Shown piece after piece: positions 20,101 to 29,862 of a DNA stretch of 64,000 nt. The DNA lies in the NCBI GenBank assembly GCA_024244645.1, contig JAAEOH010000065.1:5882-69881 (forward strand), read 5' to 3'. Position numbers and translations under genes: made by a program. Origin of the DNA: Hyphomicrobiales bacterium (GTDB taxonomy: Bacteria; Pseudomonadota; Alphaproteobacteria; Rhizobiales; Rhizobiaceae). The notes under the pieces are model-generated. The model did no database searches and was not told the origin of the DNA. It saw only the letters and a list, made by a program, of their open reading frames with translations. How positions within the stretch are numbered: the stretch's first letter is position 1; the number at the start of each line of letters is the position of its first letter.

Positions 20101-20892
20101 ATGTGGAAATTTGCCATGCGATCAAAGGTTGTGATATCCGGGCTTGTCCTGGCCTTACTGATGTTACCTCCATTGCTGGTGGAAGCGCGGGCAGACAACG
20201 GTCTGTCGATCGGCCGGATGCGGGTCATGATATGGCCCGAATACGACGATCCAAGCGTCCTGGTGGTTTATGACGGCCGCTTTACCGACGATTCGAAATT
20301 CCCCACCACCACTGATTTTCTTATCCCCAAAGGTGCGATCATCAACGATGTCTGCAGCCTGACGCCGGGTGGCCAACATATCTGCCAGCTTTACGATATC
20401 AGTGAGGGTGACGACCATGATACGGTGCACCTGTCTCTGCCGTTCTCGAATTTTTACGTCAGCTTTCATCTTGCCCCCGTCGACCTCGAAACCGCGAAAA
20501 GACAATTAAGATACGCAATTAGGGCCAATCATCCGATCGATAATATGGAGGTGGATATCCAGCAGCCTCTGCGTTCGACAGAATTTAGCGTTTCTCCTGC
20601 CGGCGGTGAGGCATCGAAACAAAAAGACTTCTATCACCTCACTTACGCCCTCGAGGACATCGAAAAGGGCGAGGACCGGGTTTTCAAGATCGACTATGTA
20701 AAGGAAACCAGGGAACCGTCGGTCGACGTCAAGTTTGCCTCCATGACCGGCCGCCGAGTCTGGGGCTCACCCTATGCGACCCAACGGAAAGTCAAGACCA
20801 TAGTCTACATCATCTTTGCAACCGGTGTCTTGATGGTATCGGCCGCCGCGCTCTGGATCATGATGGGAAGGCGAAGGAAAGGACCGGCGTGA
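20101..20892 (+). CDS. Exported, C-terminally anchored hypothetical protein
   Basis: Signal peptide, WPEYDDPSVLVVY, CSLTPGGQHIC, C-terminal TM helix. Confidence 0.75.
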   Translation: MWKFAMRSKVVISGLVLALLMLPPLLVEARADNGLSIGRMRVMIWPEYDDPSVLVVYDGRFTDDSKFPTTTDFLIPKGAIINDVCSLTPGGQHICQLYDISEGDDHDTVHLSLPFSNFYVSFHLAPVDLETAKRQLRYAIRANHPIDNMEVDIQQPLRSTEFSVSPAGGEASKQKDFYHLTYALEDIEKGEDRVFKIDYVKETREPSVDVKFASMTGRRVWGSPYATQRKVKTIVYIIFATGVLMVSAAALWIMMGRRRKGPA

Positions 20893-21326
20893 TGGCCGTG
20901 GTCATGGTTGAACCATTCAAGACACGGTACAGCCTTTTCGCGGCGCTGCTACTGACGGTTATGGTTCTTTTGCCCGATCGCGCTTTCGCGCTTACGGTCG
21001 GCGAGGTGGCGAGGGACCTCGCCTGCCCCTGCGAATGCCCGCTGATACTGGAAGACTGCAACATGACCTGTGGTCTCGATTGGAAGGAGGAAATCGGCGA
21101 AATGGTCAAGGCAGGCAAGTCCAAGGAGGAGATCATGACCTACTTCATCGCAACATATGGCGAAGAAGCGCGCCTCACCACACTGCAAAAGATCGATGGC
21201 AAGATTTTCCAGTACACCAGAGGGTTTGACACCACTGATTGGGCGATGTTGTGGACCGGTGTCGCATTCTGGGCGCTCACTATCATGGGTGGCATCTATT
21301 ATGGCGTCAGAAGATATTTCGCCTGA
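20889..21326 (+). CDS. CcmH/NrfF-like cytochrome c maturation protein
   Basis: EVARDLACPCECPLILEDCNMTC..IGEMVKAGKSKEEIMTYFIATYGE; TM helix. Confidence 0.7.
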   Translation: MMAVVMVEPFKTRYSLFAALLLTVMVLLPDRAFALTVGEVARDLACPCECPLILEDCNMTCGLDWKEEIGEMVKAGKSKEEIMTYFIATYGEEARLTTLQKIDGKIFQYTRGFDTTDWAMLWTGVAFWALTIMGGIYYGVRRYFA

Positions 21327-22182
21327 GTTCCCGTCTATAGCGAGACGGCTCTTACTGAGTTTCGCCATATTTGCGCTCATCTTGGGAATGGTCGCGTTTG
21401 TGGCCTTCGTCTACATGATCGAACCCGGCAACCGGCGGCAATATCTGGCGACCTCGGGCAAACTGCTGTTGCACAGATACAATCTTATTGACAAGCTTTC
21501 CGAAGCTGAAACCCGGCAACTTTATCTTTCCACCTGCACCAGGAAGTGCCACAGCAGGGACGTAGTCGAATTGACTCCCCGCACAGCACTGGAATGGGAG
21601 CAGATCGTCGCTCGCATGAAGAAGCAGGCGAAGGCCAACATTACCGGAACCCAGGCCCAGACGATTATCGAATATCTGCAAAGAATGTATCTTTCCAACG
21701 TGCCAACGATCTTGCCTGAGGCGACCATGCGTTTCGTTAAAAAGCATTTGTGGCGGCTGGATTTCGGTGAGAGCGATCTCTATTTCGACATCATCTATCT
21801 GCCCCAGGCGTACCGCCACCTGATGCCGTATTTGGCGTTCAGGAGCAAACCGCGGCACAGCGACGAGGCTTTGTTCATCGTCTACGTCAATACCCACACC
21901 GGCATCCTCCCGCGCTGGAACCTTGCCGACATCGCCACCATCAGGGTTGATGGAGACCGAGCAGCGAATGCCGCTTCCTGGCAGGTCCTTTATGAGGATG
22001 GGCAACAACACCACAAGCAGGGGATTTTGACCTTTCCGGCCGTCGAAGTCAGAGACGGCGAACCGGTCGATTCTCTGGAAATCGTAATCAAGCCACCGGC
22101 CATGCGGGAGCGGATTTTTCACTGGAATCTGCCGGTCCCGGAACACCCGCTGGCGGCCAGTACATCCGAAGAAAGGGGCTAG
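21301..22182 (+). CDS. Membrane-anchored putative cytochrome c (CX3CH) with a C-terminal extra domain
   Basis: TM helix, CTRKCH..WEQIVARM; probable start ATG 21301 (ORF track 21157). Confidence 0.6.
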   Translation: MASEDISPEFPSIARRLLLSFAIFALILGMVAFVAFVYMIEPGNRRQYLATSGKLLLHRYNLIDKLSEAETRQLYLSTCTRKCHSRDVVELTPRTALEWEQIVARMKKQAKANITGTQAQTIIEYLQRMYLSNVPTILPEATMRFVKKHLWRLDFGESDLYFDIIYLPQAYRHLMPYLAFRSKPRHSDEALFIVYVNTHTGILPRWNLADIATIRVDGDRAANAASWQVLYEDGQQHHKQGILTFPAVEVRDGEPVDSLEIVIKPPAMRERIFHWNLPVPEHPLAASTSEERG

Positions 22183-22185
22183 ACC

Positions 22186-22671
22186 GTGAATAAGCGTGCA
22201 CTGATCCGCTTACTTCTCATGCTTTTGTTGCCGTTGGCCCATGGCTGCGATGAAGAGATCAAGAAGGAATTTGCCGCAGACTTCACCCTGCAATTATTCG
22301 ATGGCCGGACATTCACCTTGAGCAAACACAAGGGTGAAGCTGTGGTCGTCAACTTCTTCGCGTCGTGGTGCATTCCATGTAGGGCCGAGGCGTCGGCGCT
22401 GGAGGCGGTCCATAGGGAATATTTCGAAAAGAAGGTGATCTTTCTGGGTATCGCTATCAAGGATACAGACACCGGCGCCCGGGGCTTTGTTAAAAAATAT
22501 GCGCTGAGCTTTCCCACGGGGCTCGATAAGGAACAAAAGCTCGGGCGCATCTTTGGCGTATATGGGCTTCCTACGACCGTCTTCATCGATGCAACTGGCT
22601 TTATCAACTACACCCACTCAGGGGCAGTGACAGGGGAACTGATCAAACATGAATTGGACAAATTACTTTAG
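22186..22671 (+). CDS. TlpA-like thiol-disulfide oxidoreductase
   Basis: NFFASWCIPC, GLPTTVFID; paralog of 18938-19465. Confidence 0.9.
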   Translation: MNKRALIRLLLMLLLPLAHGCDEEIKKEFAADFTLQLFDGRTFTLSKHKGEAVVVNFFASWCIPCRAEASALEAVHREYFEKKVIFLGIAIKDTDTGARGFVKKYALSFPTGLDKEQKLGRIFGVYGLPTTVFIDATGFINYTHSGAVTGELIKHELDKLL

Positions 22672-23170
22672 CTTTCCGGCTGCGGTAGTTTTCCTCACCC
22701 TATTGTTGACGGGGTGTTTGGAGGAAAACACGCTCCCGCTCAAGATTGGTGCAAAGGCTCCGCCCTCAACGTTGACCCTGCTCAACGGCGAGACCAGGGA
22801 AGTTCCGGATGATCTCGGGCAAGCTCAGGTCATCACCTTCATGTCCTCTTGGTGCCCATGTTCGAACCAATCCATTCCGCTCATGAAGGAGGCATTCGAA
22901 CAGTACAACAGCGGGCCGCAAAGCAAGATCGCATTCTTGATGATCGGCTTCCAGAGCCCGCGGAGCAAGTTCGAGGACATCGCCAGCAAGTGGCAGGTTC
23001 CATTTCCTGTGGGGTACGATGATGGCGACAAGATCGCTCGCGCGTACGGTATTACGGCGCCGCCAACAACCGTTTTCATCGATACGGAAGGCAATGTAAT
23101 AAGAGTTTTCTATGGCAATATCAAAGACATAGAGGAGGAATTCCTCCAGTGGGTGGGCGAGCTGTTGTGA
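22649..23170 (+). CDS. TlpA-like lipoprotein
   Basis: LLTGC lipobox, FMSSWCPCS (CxC variant), APPTTVFID. Confidence 0.8.
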   Translation: MNWTNYFSFPAAVVFLTLLLTGCLEENTLPLKIGAKAPPSTLTLLNGETREVPDDLGQAQVITFMSSWCPCSNQSIPLMKEAFEQYNSGPQSKIAFLMIGFQSPRSKFEDIASKWQVPFPVGYDDGDKIARAYGITAPPTTVFIDTEGNVIRVFYGNIKDIEEEFLQWVGELL

Positions 23171-23871
23171 TTGGGAACATCAACGCGGTGGGCAGCGGTT
23201 TTTCGTCCTTCTTTTCGATCTGGCAGGTCTGTATCCTGCAAATCTCGCCCTTTTTCCTAGCCTATGTTGTCGGTCTTTATTTTGCCGCAGATTCGCTGAA
23301 CGCCGAAGTCAGCCTTGGTGGCCGGGTGGTTCTTCCGGCGTTCTGGTTCACCCCTGGATTTGCCGTTGTGTATGCGTTGCTGACCATGACCGGACTGCCG
23401 ATTGGTCGCACGCTCGTTTTCAACCTTGGCACACTCGGGTTCATCGCCGGTACCTATATCCTTCTCGCCAGTCTGTTGATCGTGCTCCCGGGCCGGGTCG
23501 ATGTTGCCGGATTGTTGCGTCGGCCGCTTGCGCTGGCGGTCGTCTCACTGGTGCTTGGCAGCGCTTTTGCCCTCATCTACTCGCCATGCATCACACCCGC
23601 GCTATCGGAAATTATGGGCATGGCCGGCCGGCCCGAAACGGCGGTACGCGGCGGCACACTTGCCTTTTTTTACGCATTTGGCATCTGCTTGGGCCTAACG
23701 GTCACGGGTACCACTCTGGTTTTTCTACTTGCAAGGGTCGGTGTCGTGGAGCGCCATCCCGGGATCATCAAAATCGCCTCCAGTCTTGTCCTCGCCATTC
23801 TTGCCGCGCTCAACCTCAGTGGGACGATGATTTACTATAAAGCATTCTTTCTGGGTTTTCTGGTCGGATGA
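23149..23871 (+). CDS. ccdA: CcdA-type transmembrane electron transporter
   Basis: ISP..C near the N-terminus, YSPCITPAL, multiple TM helices. Confidence 0.75.
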   Translation: MGGRAVVIGNINAVGSGFSSFFSIWQVCILQISPFFLAYVVGLYFAADSLNAEVSLGGRVVLPAFWFTPGFAVVYALLTMTGLPIGRTLVFNLGTLGFIAGTYILLASLLIVLPGRVDVAGLLRRPLALAVVSLVLGSAFALIYSPCITPALSEIMGMAGRPETAVRGGTLAFFYAFGICLGLTVTGTTLVFLLARVGVVERHPGIIKIASSLVLAILAALNLSGTMIYYKAFFLGFLVG

Positions 23872-24083
23872 GCAGGCGCGCGAACAAGCTTCCGCCTGGT
23901 TTCAAAAAACAAGCATTCGGCGTTGTCCTCGCCGTCCTCGGTATCATCGATACCGTTATGAACCTCATAACCGGCATCACGCTGGACGGCTTTTTCCTGT
24001 TTCTGATTGGCGCCGGCATTGTGCTTTTCGTTGTCGGGACCATACAACGGCGAAAGCACCGCTACCAGGCCACCTGCGGATAG
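23868..24083 (+). CDS. Small two-TM hypothetical protein
   Basis: ATGA coupling to ccdA; two hydrophobic helices. Confidence 0.6.
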   Translation: MSRRANKLPPGFKKQAFGVVLAVLGIIDTVMNLITGITLDGFFLFLIGAGIVLFVVGTIQRRKHRYQATCG

Positions 24084-25222
24084 AACCAGTGCTCGACCAT
24101 CCACTGGCTATCGTCCACCAGGGGTGTGGTATTCCGATCCTTGAAGGCCTTCGGAGGTGTACCCATTCGGGCTCCCATTGAGACGTTGTGGCATGAGTTG
24201 CAGCCCAGGGTCGGGGATTCGCGAGTTTCCACGTAAAGCAGGCCGAAGGGCATGGCGGCAACGAAGACGATCACGAAGGAAACCACCACACCGGCCAGCT
24301 TTATCTTACCGTGTTTTCTACCAGGTCGCGACAGGAGGCTGCTATATGGCCAGCTGCCGATTTCGGCGTCCCCCCTCCTTTTATTGCTGCCTCTGAAAAA
24401 GAAGGGCAGCAAGATCAGTATGATCAGCACGGTCAGCGGCAGACCGATACCAAGGAACGCCGCCATGGGGGCTTCGAAACTCATGAAAGGGCGCAGCAAG
24501 AACAGAATATACCATTCAGGTGCCGGTAAATATGTACCCTCGAGCGGCATCGGGATAACGTCTGGATCTTCTGTCGGCATGGGAATGTAAATCGCCAGCG
24601 CGGCGATAGCGACGAAGAAGGGCACACTTATCACGGCGTGCTTTGCAATGTATTTGCCGATACCGGCCTTTCTCTTGCGCAACACCGCAAGGATGTGGAA
24701 GTCGATGAGGATGTAAGTGATCACCGGCAGGATCACCGCGTGGGCGACAAAATTCCGACTAAGCGTAAATGCGTCAATCAGGAACGCTTTCAATACCGGT
24801 CCGGCGAGCGGCACGCTGCCCAGATAGTTGGGCACCATCTCCATGAACCAATAGGCCTTCCATTCCCAGGGCAGGATGAAACCGGTAACCAGCAGAGCCA
24901 AGATTGGCGGTATCAGTAGCCCGCCGGTGAGCCAGGAAATTCTGCACTGATAGTTCAGGAAGTCCTTTCTGAACAGACTTCTTGCGACGTGCACGACAAT
25001 CGCGGCGAAAATAAAAAATGCCAGCCAGCGGTGACTATCCCTAATCCAGGCACCAATGTTTAAGCCGCGATAAAGGCTTTGGACGCTGGCATATGCCTGC
25101 TGCAAATCGGGCTGATAGAACAGGGCCAAAAAAATGCCGGTCAGAAATTGCAGGATGAGCAGAATAACCGCGACACCGCCAAAATAGTGACGCCAGTGAT
25201 AGCGCTCTATTTTTGTTTTCAT
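24062..25222 (-). CDS. Fused cytochrome b (b6 + subunit IV-like) with a C-terminal c-heme
   Basis: Four heme-b His (DSHRW, VHVAR, AHAVILP, DFHIL), PEWY, CNSCH. Confidence 0.85.
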   Translation of the reverse strand: MKTKIERYHWRHYFGGVAVILLILQFLTGIFLALFYQPDLQQAYASVQSLYRGLNIGAWIRDSHRWLAFFIFAAIVVHVARSLFRKDFLNYQCRISWLTGGLLIPPILALLVTGFILPWEWKAYWFMEMVPNYLGSVPLAGPVLKAFLIDAFTLSRNFVAHAVILPVITYILIDFHILAVLRKRKAGIGKYIAKHAVISVPFFVAIAALAIYIPMPTEDPDVIPMPLEGTYLPAPEWYILFLLRPFMSFEAPMAAFLGIGLPLTVLIILILLPFFFRGSNKRRGDAEIGSWPYSSLLSRPGRKHGKIKLAGVVVSFVIVFVAAMPFGLLYVETRESPTLGCNSCHNVSMGARMGTPPKAFKDRNTTPLVDDSQWMVEHWFYPQVAW

Positions 25223-25225
25223 CGA

Positions 25226-26530
25226 TTACTCTCCATCTTTTTGCAGCAACACAAAACCTTCACCCATTTGATCCCCTTCAACGCGATAGAGATGCGCACG
25301 TTTGATCGGTGTTCCGTTTGCTGCCCAGCGACTCACGCCGGTTACCCCTTCGACTTCTTTCAGATTGACCAGAGCATCTCTAACCGTCTGGCTTTGCAGC
25401 GAGTCGGTAGCCTCAAGCGCCCGGGAAAGAAGGCCGAAGGCGTCATAAGCCAGGGCTGTAAATCTGTCGGGAACGGCGTCATTTCTGGCTATTTGCTCCG
25501 CCACGAAATCCTGCACCAGACGTGAGGGGCGATCGGGCGCGAAAGTGGTGTACAGCAAAGTGCCACGCGTAGCTTGCCCGCCCTGCTTGAGGAATTGTTC
25601 ACTGAACAGGTCTTCGCCGCCGATCAGGGGCAGCATGAGACCGTCATCCCTGGCGGCCTGTGCCAGTTGCGCAGCCTCCTGGGCCTCGCCCGTGAAGATG
25701 ATGGCCTGCAACCCCTCCGACCCGGCCTTCAGAGCCGTCACGACCTTGCCAATGTCTGTTTTCCCCGAAAACGTTTCATATGTGTCGGCCTCGACCAGAA
25801 TCTTGCCGCCGTGCCTTGGCACTGCTTTTTTGAACTCCGAAGCGATGCTCAGCGAGTAGTCGTAAGACGATGAGGTGACCAGGGCGAAATTCCTGTAACC
25901 CAGCTCGTTGGCAGCGTAACCGAGCATTTCGTCAATGGCGATTTCGTCAGGCAGGGAAAAGTGAAAGATGTAGCTGCCGCTTCTGCTGATTTTTCGTCTC
26001 GTCCCGATGGATATGAATACAGTTTGCGATTGGCTGGCCAGGTGGGTCGGCACGAATGTCGACCAGCCGGTCGGAGAAGAAAATATCGCCACGACGTTCT
26101 TTTCGATCAGCGCCGAGGCGATATCGGCGGTTTGTCCGGACCCGCCGCTGTTGTCGTGGTGAATGACTTCGATCTTCTGGCCACGCAAACCGCCCTGGGC
26201 ATTAAAATGGTCGGCCGCCATGACAATACCGGCAAGTACGGCCAGACCAAATTTGGCCTCAGCGCCGGTTTCCGGGCCGATCACCCCGACGATCAGCGCC
26301 CGTTCCTTTTCTTTTTCTTTCCTGCGCAATGACTTTGCTGCCGTGCCTTGTGGAGTGGCCTGGGTGGAGGCCAGCCATTCTGGATTGCCGGCCTTTAGCG
26401 GAGGAGGCTCCCCGCTGCGATTGCTCAGGGTCTCGAAGAAGACAACGGCAAAGACACCTGCGATGCCAATCAGGGAAATCAGAACTAGCTTGAAACGCAT
26501 CTGGCGAAACACTGGACCGCTAGCCTCCAT
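25226..26530 (-). CDS. Membrane-anchored branched-chain amino acid-type binding protein (LivK/Peripla_BP_6 fold)
   Basis: VGVIGPETG..GIVMAADHFNAQGGLRGQKIEV; AYDAF; EGVTG. Confidence 0.85.
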   Translation of the reverse strand: MEASGPVFRQMRFKLVLISLIGIAGVFAVVFFETLSNRSGEPPPLKAGNPEWLASTQATPQGTAAKSLRRKEKEKERALIVGVIGPETGAEAKFGLAVLAGIVMAADHFNAQGGLRGQKIEVIHHDNSGGSGQTADIASALIEKNVVAIFSSPTGWSTFVPTHLASQSQTVFISIGTRRKISRSGSYIFHFSLPDEIAIDEMLGYAANELGYRNFALVTSSSYDYSLSIASEFKKAVPRHGGKILVEADTYETFSGKTDIGKVVTALKAGSEGLQAIIFTGEAQEAAQLAQAARDDGLMLPLIGGEDLFSEQFLKQGGQATRGTLLYTTFAPDRPSRLVQDFVAEQIARNDAVPDRFTALAYDAFGLLSRALEATDSLQSQTVRDALVNLKEVEGVTGVSRWAANGTPIKRAHLYRVEGDQMGEGFVLLQKDGE

Positions 26531-27470
26531 CCTTCCACCGGTCCTTGCCGGCGAGGAGGTTCTTGACCAGTTTCTCCTCGAGCAGAATGACGTTTTGAGC
26601 CCGGTTGCTTTTGGCGAAGTAGCCCCGCCGCTTCCTGTCCCTGCTACCGATGCGCAGAACCTGGGCTTCTTTCTTCCCTTTTTCCTCGACGGTTACGGTG
26701 ACGAAGGGAGCTTCCAGGCCGTAACGGGTTAATTCCGCAGGACCTTCATCGATGAATGCCTTCACCGGTGTGTCCTTGATTGCATAAAGGGTCTCCAGCA
26801 CAGAGGCTTGATCGGCCTGCACCTGCTCCGGCTGAAGCATGTCCCAACGGCCGCGCTCGTGCACGATCACCACTTTGTCCCCGGTCCGTCGTGCAATCTC
26901 AATACGGCTCAGTTTGAGCGGATCGTAGGCCAGTGTTGACTTGTCCCGAAGGGCATAGACGCTAGCATCAGCCTCCCTGCGGACATCCGAATGGATGCGG
27001 TAGACCGCCGCCTCGCCCTTGAACTTGCCATAGGTCACATTGAGGGTTGGTCCCTTGTTGCCGAATTGCAGCGTTGTGACGTCATTACCAGTTCTAAAGG
27101 TGATTTCGAGTTCCGGTTCGGCCAACCCCAGTTCCACCAGCTTTGCCGAATCTGGATTGTTGAACAAAACCGCGTCCTTGCGCGATTTGACGATGTTTTT
27201 CAGCATCTTGGCGATGCCCTCGTCGTCGCCTCTTGCCAGCAGGGGTTGGTTCAGCCACCAACCTTCCTCGTTCCTGGTGACGCGCACCCGTATTCCGTTC
27301 TTATCTGTCCTGATCCAGAATTCCGCCACGTCGTCGATCTCGAAAGGTAACAGTTTAAGGTTTGCTTCCGCGATCTGTTCGTGTTCCCCGACCCTGTCTT
27401 CGATCAGCAGAAAGGCGCCAAACAGCCCGGCCAGGGCGATAAACCAAAAAATGGTTTTCTTGAACAGCAT
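26520..27470 (-). CDS. DUF4340-like periplasmic protein
   Basis: N-terminal TM, duplicated W-x-P..YGL..P..TV repeat; follows the GldG-like gene; start ATG 27470. Confidence 0.7.
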   Translation of the reverse strand: MLFKKTIFWFIALAGLFGAFLLIEDRVGEHEQIAEANLKLLPFEIDDVAEFWIRTDKNGIRVRVTRNEEGWWLNQPLLARGDDEGIAKMLKNIVKSRKDAVLFNNPDSAKLVELGLAEPELEITFRTGNDVTTLQFGNKGPTLNVTYGKFKGEAAVYRIHSDVRREADASVYALRDKSTLAYDPLKLSRIEIARRTGDKVVIVHERGRWDMLQPEQVQADQASVLETLYAIKDTPVKAFIDEGPAELTRYGLEAPFVTVTVEEKGKKEAQVLRIGSRDRKRRGYFAKSNRAQNVILLEEKLVKNLLAGKDRWKDGG

Positions 27471-29089
27471 CAAGACCTCCACCTTCGACGTCCGACCACG
27501 CCGACGCCGATCGCCAGAATCAGGGTCGGTGCAAGGATCACACAAAGCCAGAAAACGAAATTGCTTTGCGTATCGGTCAACGTCAGCGGTGTCAGTTCGG
27601 TTGGCTTCTTGCGCACCGAGACCAAGGCTGTCTCCTCGGCCAGCCAGCCGAACAGGTTGAGAAAGAAGTCCTTATTGCCCATCAGGTTGAGATAGGCGTT
27701 ACCGGCGAAGTCTGAATCACCGACCACGATAATTCGGCCCCAGCGGTTGACGCCTTCCTCGAGGTCGGCCTCCGGGGTCGGCATGCCTATTTCGTTCTGA
27801 TCGTTGGTCCTGGTAAGCGGTAGATCTCCGTCGGCCTTGACCTTGATGACGCTGACAGCGGCCAGGTTGATCGGCCCTCGCTGGTCCTCGGCCGGATTGA
27901 ACTCGATCTCCTCTTCGTCAAGCGTGCCTTTGTTCTTTGCCCAACTGCTGGACCCGGTTTTAGCCAGATTGTACTTGCCCTCAGCGGGCTCTTCCTGAAC
28001 TTCGATGGAGCGGGCAACCGGAAAGAAAGTAACGTAACTGAAGTCTCGACCGATCATATGTTTCTGGTTGTATTCCATGACCACCGACGTCAGGTAGTTG
28101 GCGCCAAGCATTTTGCTTTGCTTATCGATGATGATGTCGTTGTTGACCTTGAATCCGTAACCCTGCAGATGTTTGGAAATCTCGGGCGCCAGCAGCGGGT
28201 CGAGCAGAAACAGGACACTGCCGCCGCCGTCGACGTAGCGCCTGATCTTTTCCAGCTCGACCGGCAGGATGTCCTTTTGGGGCCCGGCAATAACAAGAAT
28301 GGCAGCATCTTCTGGCACGCGCTCCTCATTGACGAGCAGGAGTTCGCGAACTTTGTAGGTCTCCTTTTCAATCGCTTCTCTGGCCAATTTGTAGCCCGCC
28401 TTCTGTTCGTCCTGGAGACCCTTTTCACCGTGGCCCTTGAGGAAATATACGGTCTTGACCTCATCGCTTAAGACCTTGAGCAAGGCATTGGTAACCTTTT
28501 CCTCTGACTCGAAACCGACAGCCTCCTGATTGTCACCGGAACGGATCAAGGTCGTCCTATAGGAAGTGACACCGTACTTTGCGGTCTCGATAGGGCGTTT
28601 GTCGGGATCGACGAACCAAAAATTGAACTTCGGGGTGTGGTAGGAATACTCCTTGAGGAGATCGTGCATCGCCTGTCTGGATCTTTCGTCGCTTCTGTAA
28701 AAGGCAACGGCCTCGACACCGTTTTCCAAAGACTTCAAAATCTTCACGGTCTGCTGAGAGAGTGAATATCTACCGGTCTCGGTCAGGTCGACCCGCGCCT
28801 TGTAACGGACCGACATTACGCCGATCAAGCTGATGATGACCACGAATATGGCAATCATCACCGTGACGTTAGCGCCGTGCCTGGTCGACCGTTTGGAGAT
28901 GAAAGCTCCAATTTCAGAGAAATTGACATAGAAGAATATCAGCAGCGACAACAGGCCGCCCCACACCAATGAAAGCGGAATGACGCTGAATTCGCGCGAA
29001 ATGGCGTAAACGACGACTCCGGCGGCGACACTCGCCATGCCGACCAGCCCGAGGATAAAGAGTAATCTCCTGCCTGTCATCACCGCCAC
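27470..29089 (-). CDS. GldG-like ABC auxiliary membrane protein
   Basis: DLTETGRYSLSQQT, VYFLKGHGEK, GRIIVVGDSDF, N- and C-terminal TM helices. Confidence 0.85.
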   Translation of the reverse strand: MAVMTGRRLLFILGLVGMASVAAGVVVYAISREFSVIPLSLVWGGLLSLLIFFYVNFSEIGAFISKRSTRHGANVTVMIAIFVVIISLIGVMSVRYKARVDLTETGRYSLSQQTVKILKSLENGVEAVAFYRSDERSRQAMHDLLKEYSYHTPKFNFWFVDPDKRPIETAKYGVTSYRTTLIRSGDNQEAVGFESEEKVTNALLKVLSDEVKTVYFLKGHGEKGLQDEQKAGYKLAREAIEKETYKVRELLLVNEERVPEDAAILVIAGPQKDILPVELEKIRRYVDGGGSVLFLLDPLLAPEISKHLQGYGFKVNNDIIIDKQSKMLGANYLTSVVMEYNQKHMIGRDFSYVTFFPVARSIEVQEEPAEGKYNLAKTGSSSWAKNKGTLDEEEIEFNPAEDQRGPINLAAVSVIKVKADGDLPLTRTNDQNEIGMPTPEADLEEGVNRWGRIIVVGDSDFAGNAYLNLMGNKDFFLNLFGWLAEETALVSVRKKPTELTPLTLTDTQSNFVFWLCVILAPTLILAIGVGVVGRRRWRS

Positions 29090-29862
29090 CTTTTGGATTC
29101 AAGCGACCGCAGGGTCAGGAACAGGAACAGGACGGTAAAAATGACGAAGTAGATGATGTCTTCGGTATCGACAACGCCCTTGGCCAGGCTTTCGAGATGT
29201 TCGTTGATGGCGAGGTAAGAGATTATCTGGCCGAACGCGGCCGAAACAAACATCGTCGAATAGCTCATCAGCCAGAAGAAGAAGAGGATACTGATCGAAA
29301 GCGAGCCGGCGATAATCTGGTTCTCGGTCAGTGACGAGGTGAAGATGCCCAGTGAAATGAACGCCGCCCCCAACAAAAACAACCCGGCATACCCGGTAAG
29401 AATCGGCACAACTTCCGGCTCCCCCAAATTGATGAGCAGAAGCGGATAACTGATTGTAGAAAGCAGCATCGCTACAAACACCGTATAACAAGCCAGAAAC
29501 TTGCCAATAACGACCTCCGCGTCTCTTACCGGATACGTAAGAAGCAGTTCCATCGTGCCCGACTTCTTTTCATCGGCCAGCAGCTTCATTGTCAACAGTG
29601 GCAGCATCAGCAGCATGACGATACTGATATTTCCGAATAGCGGTCGCACAACGGTTTCGTTGACGTTCAGCAGGTTGTATTGCTTGGCAACCATGGGATT
29701 GGCCTGGGCCTGGAAACTCAGGATCGAAAAGCTTGCCAGTAGGTTGAAAAAGAGATAACCCGTCGCCGCCATAAAGATGGCGATGACCGCGTAGGCGATA
29801 AAAGAGCCAAAATAGGATTTGACGTCTTTCTTGAACACCAGCCCTATGTTCCTCAGATTCAC
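29080..29862 (-). CDS. ABC-2 permease (GldF-like)
   Basis: LTMKLLADEKKSGTMELLLTYP..GKFLA; SSLTENQIIA. Confidence 0.9.
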   Translation of the reverse strand: MNLRNIGLVFKKDVKSYFGSFIAYAVIAIFMAATGYLFFNLLASFSILSFQAQANPMVAKQYNLLNVNETVVRPLFGNISIVMLLMLPLLTMKLLADEKKSGTMELLLTYPVRDAEVVIGKFLACYTVFVAMLLSTISYPLLLINLGEPEVVPILTGYAGLFLLGAAFISLGIFTSSLTENQIIAGSLSISILFFFWLMSYSTMFVSAAFGQIISYLAINEHLESLAKGVVDTEDIIYFVIFTVLFLFLTLRSLESKRWR

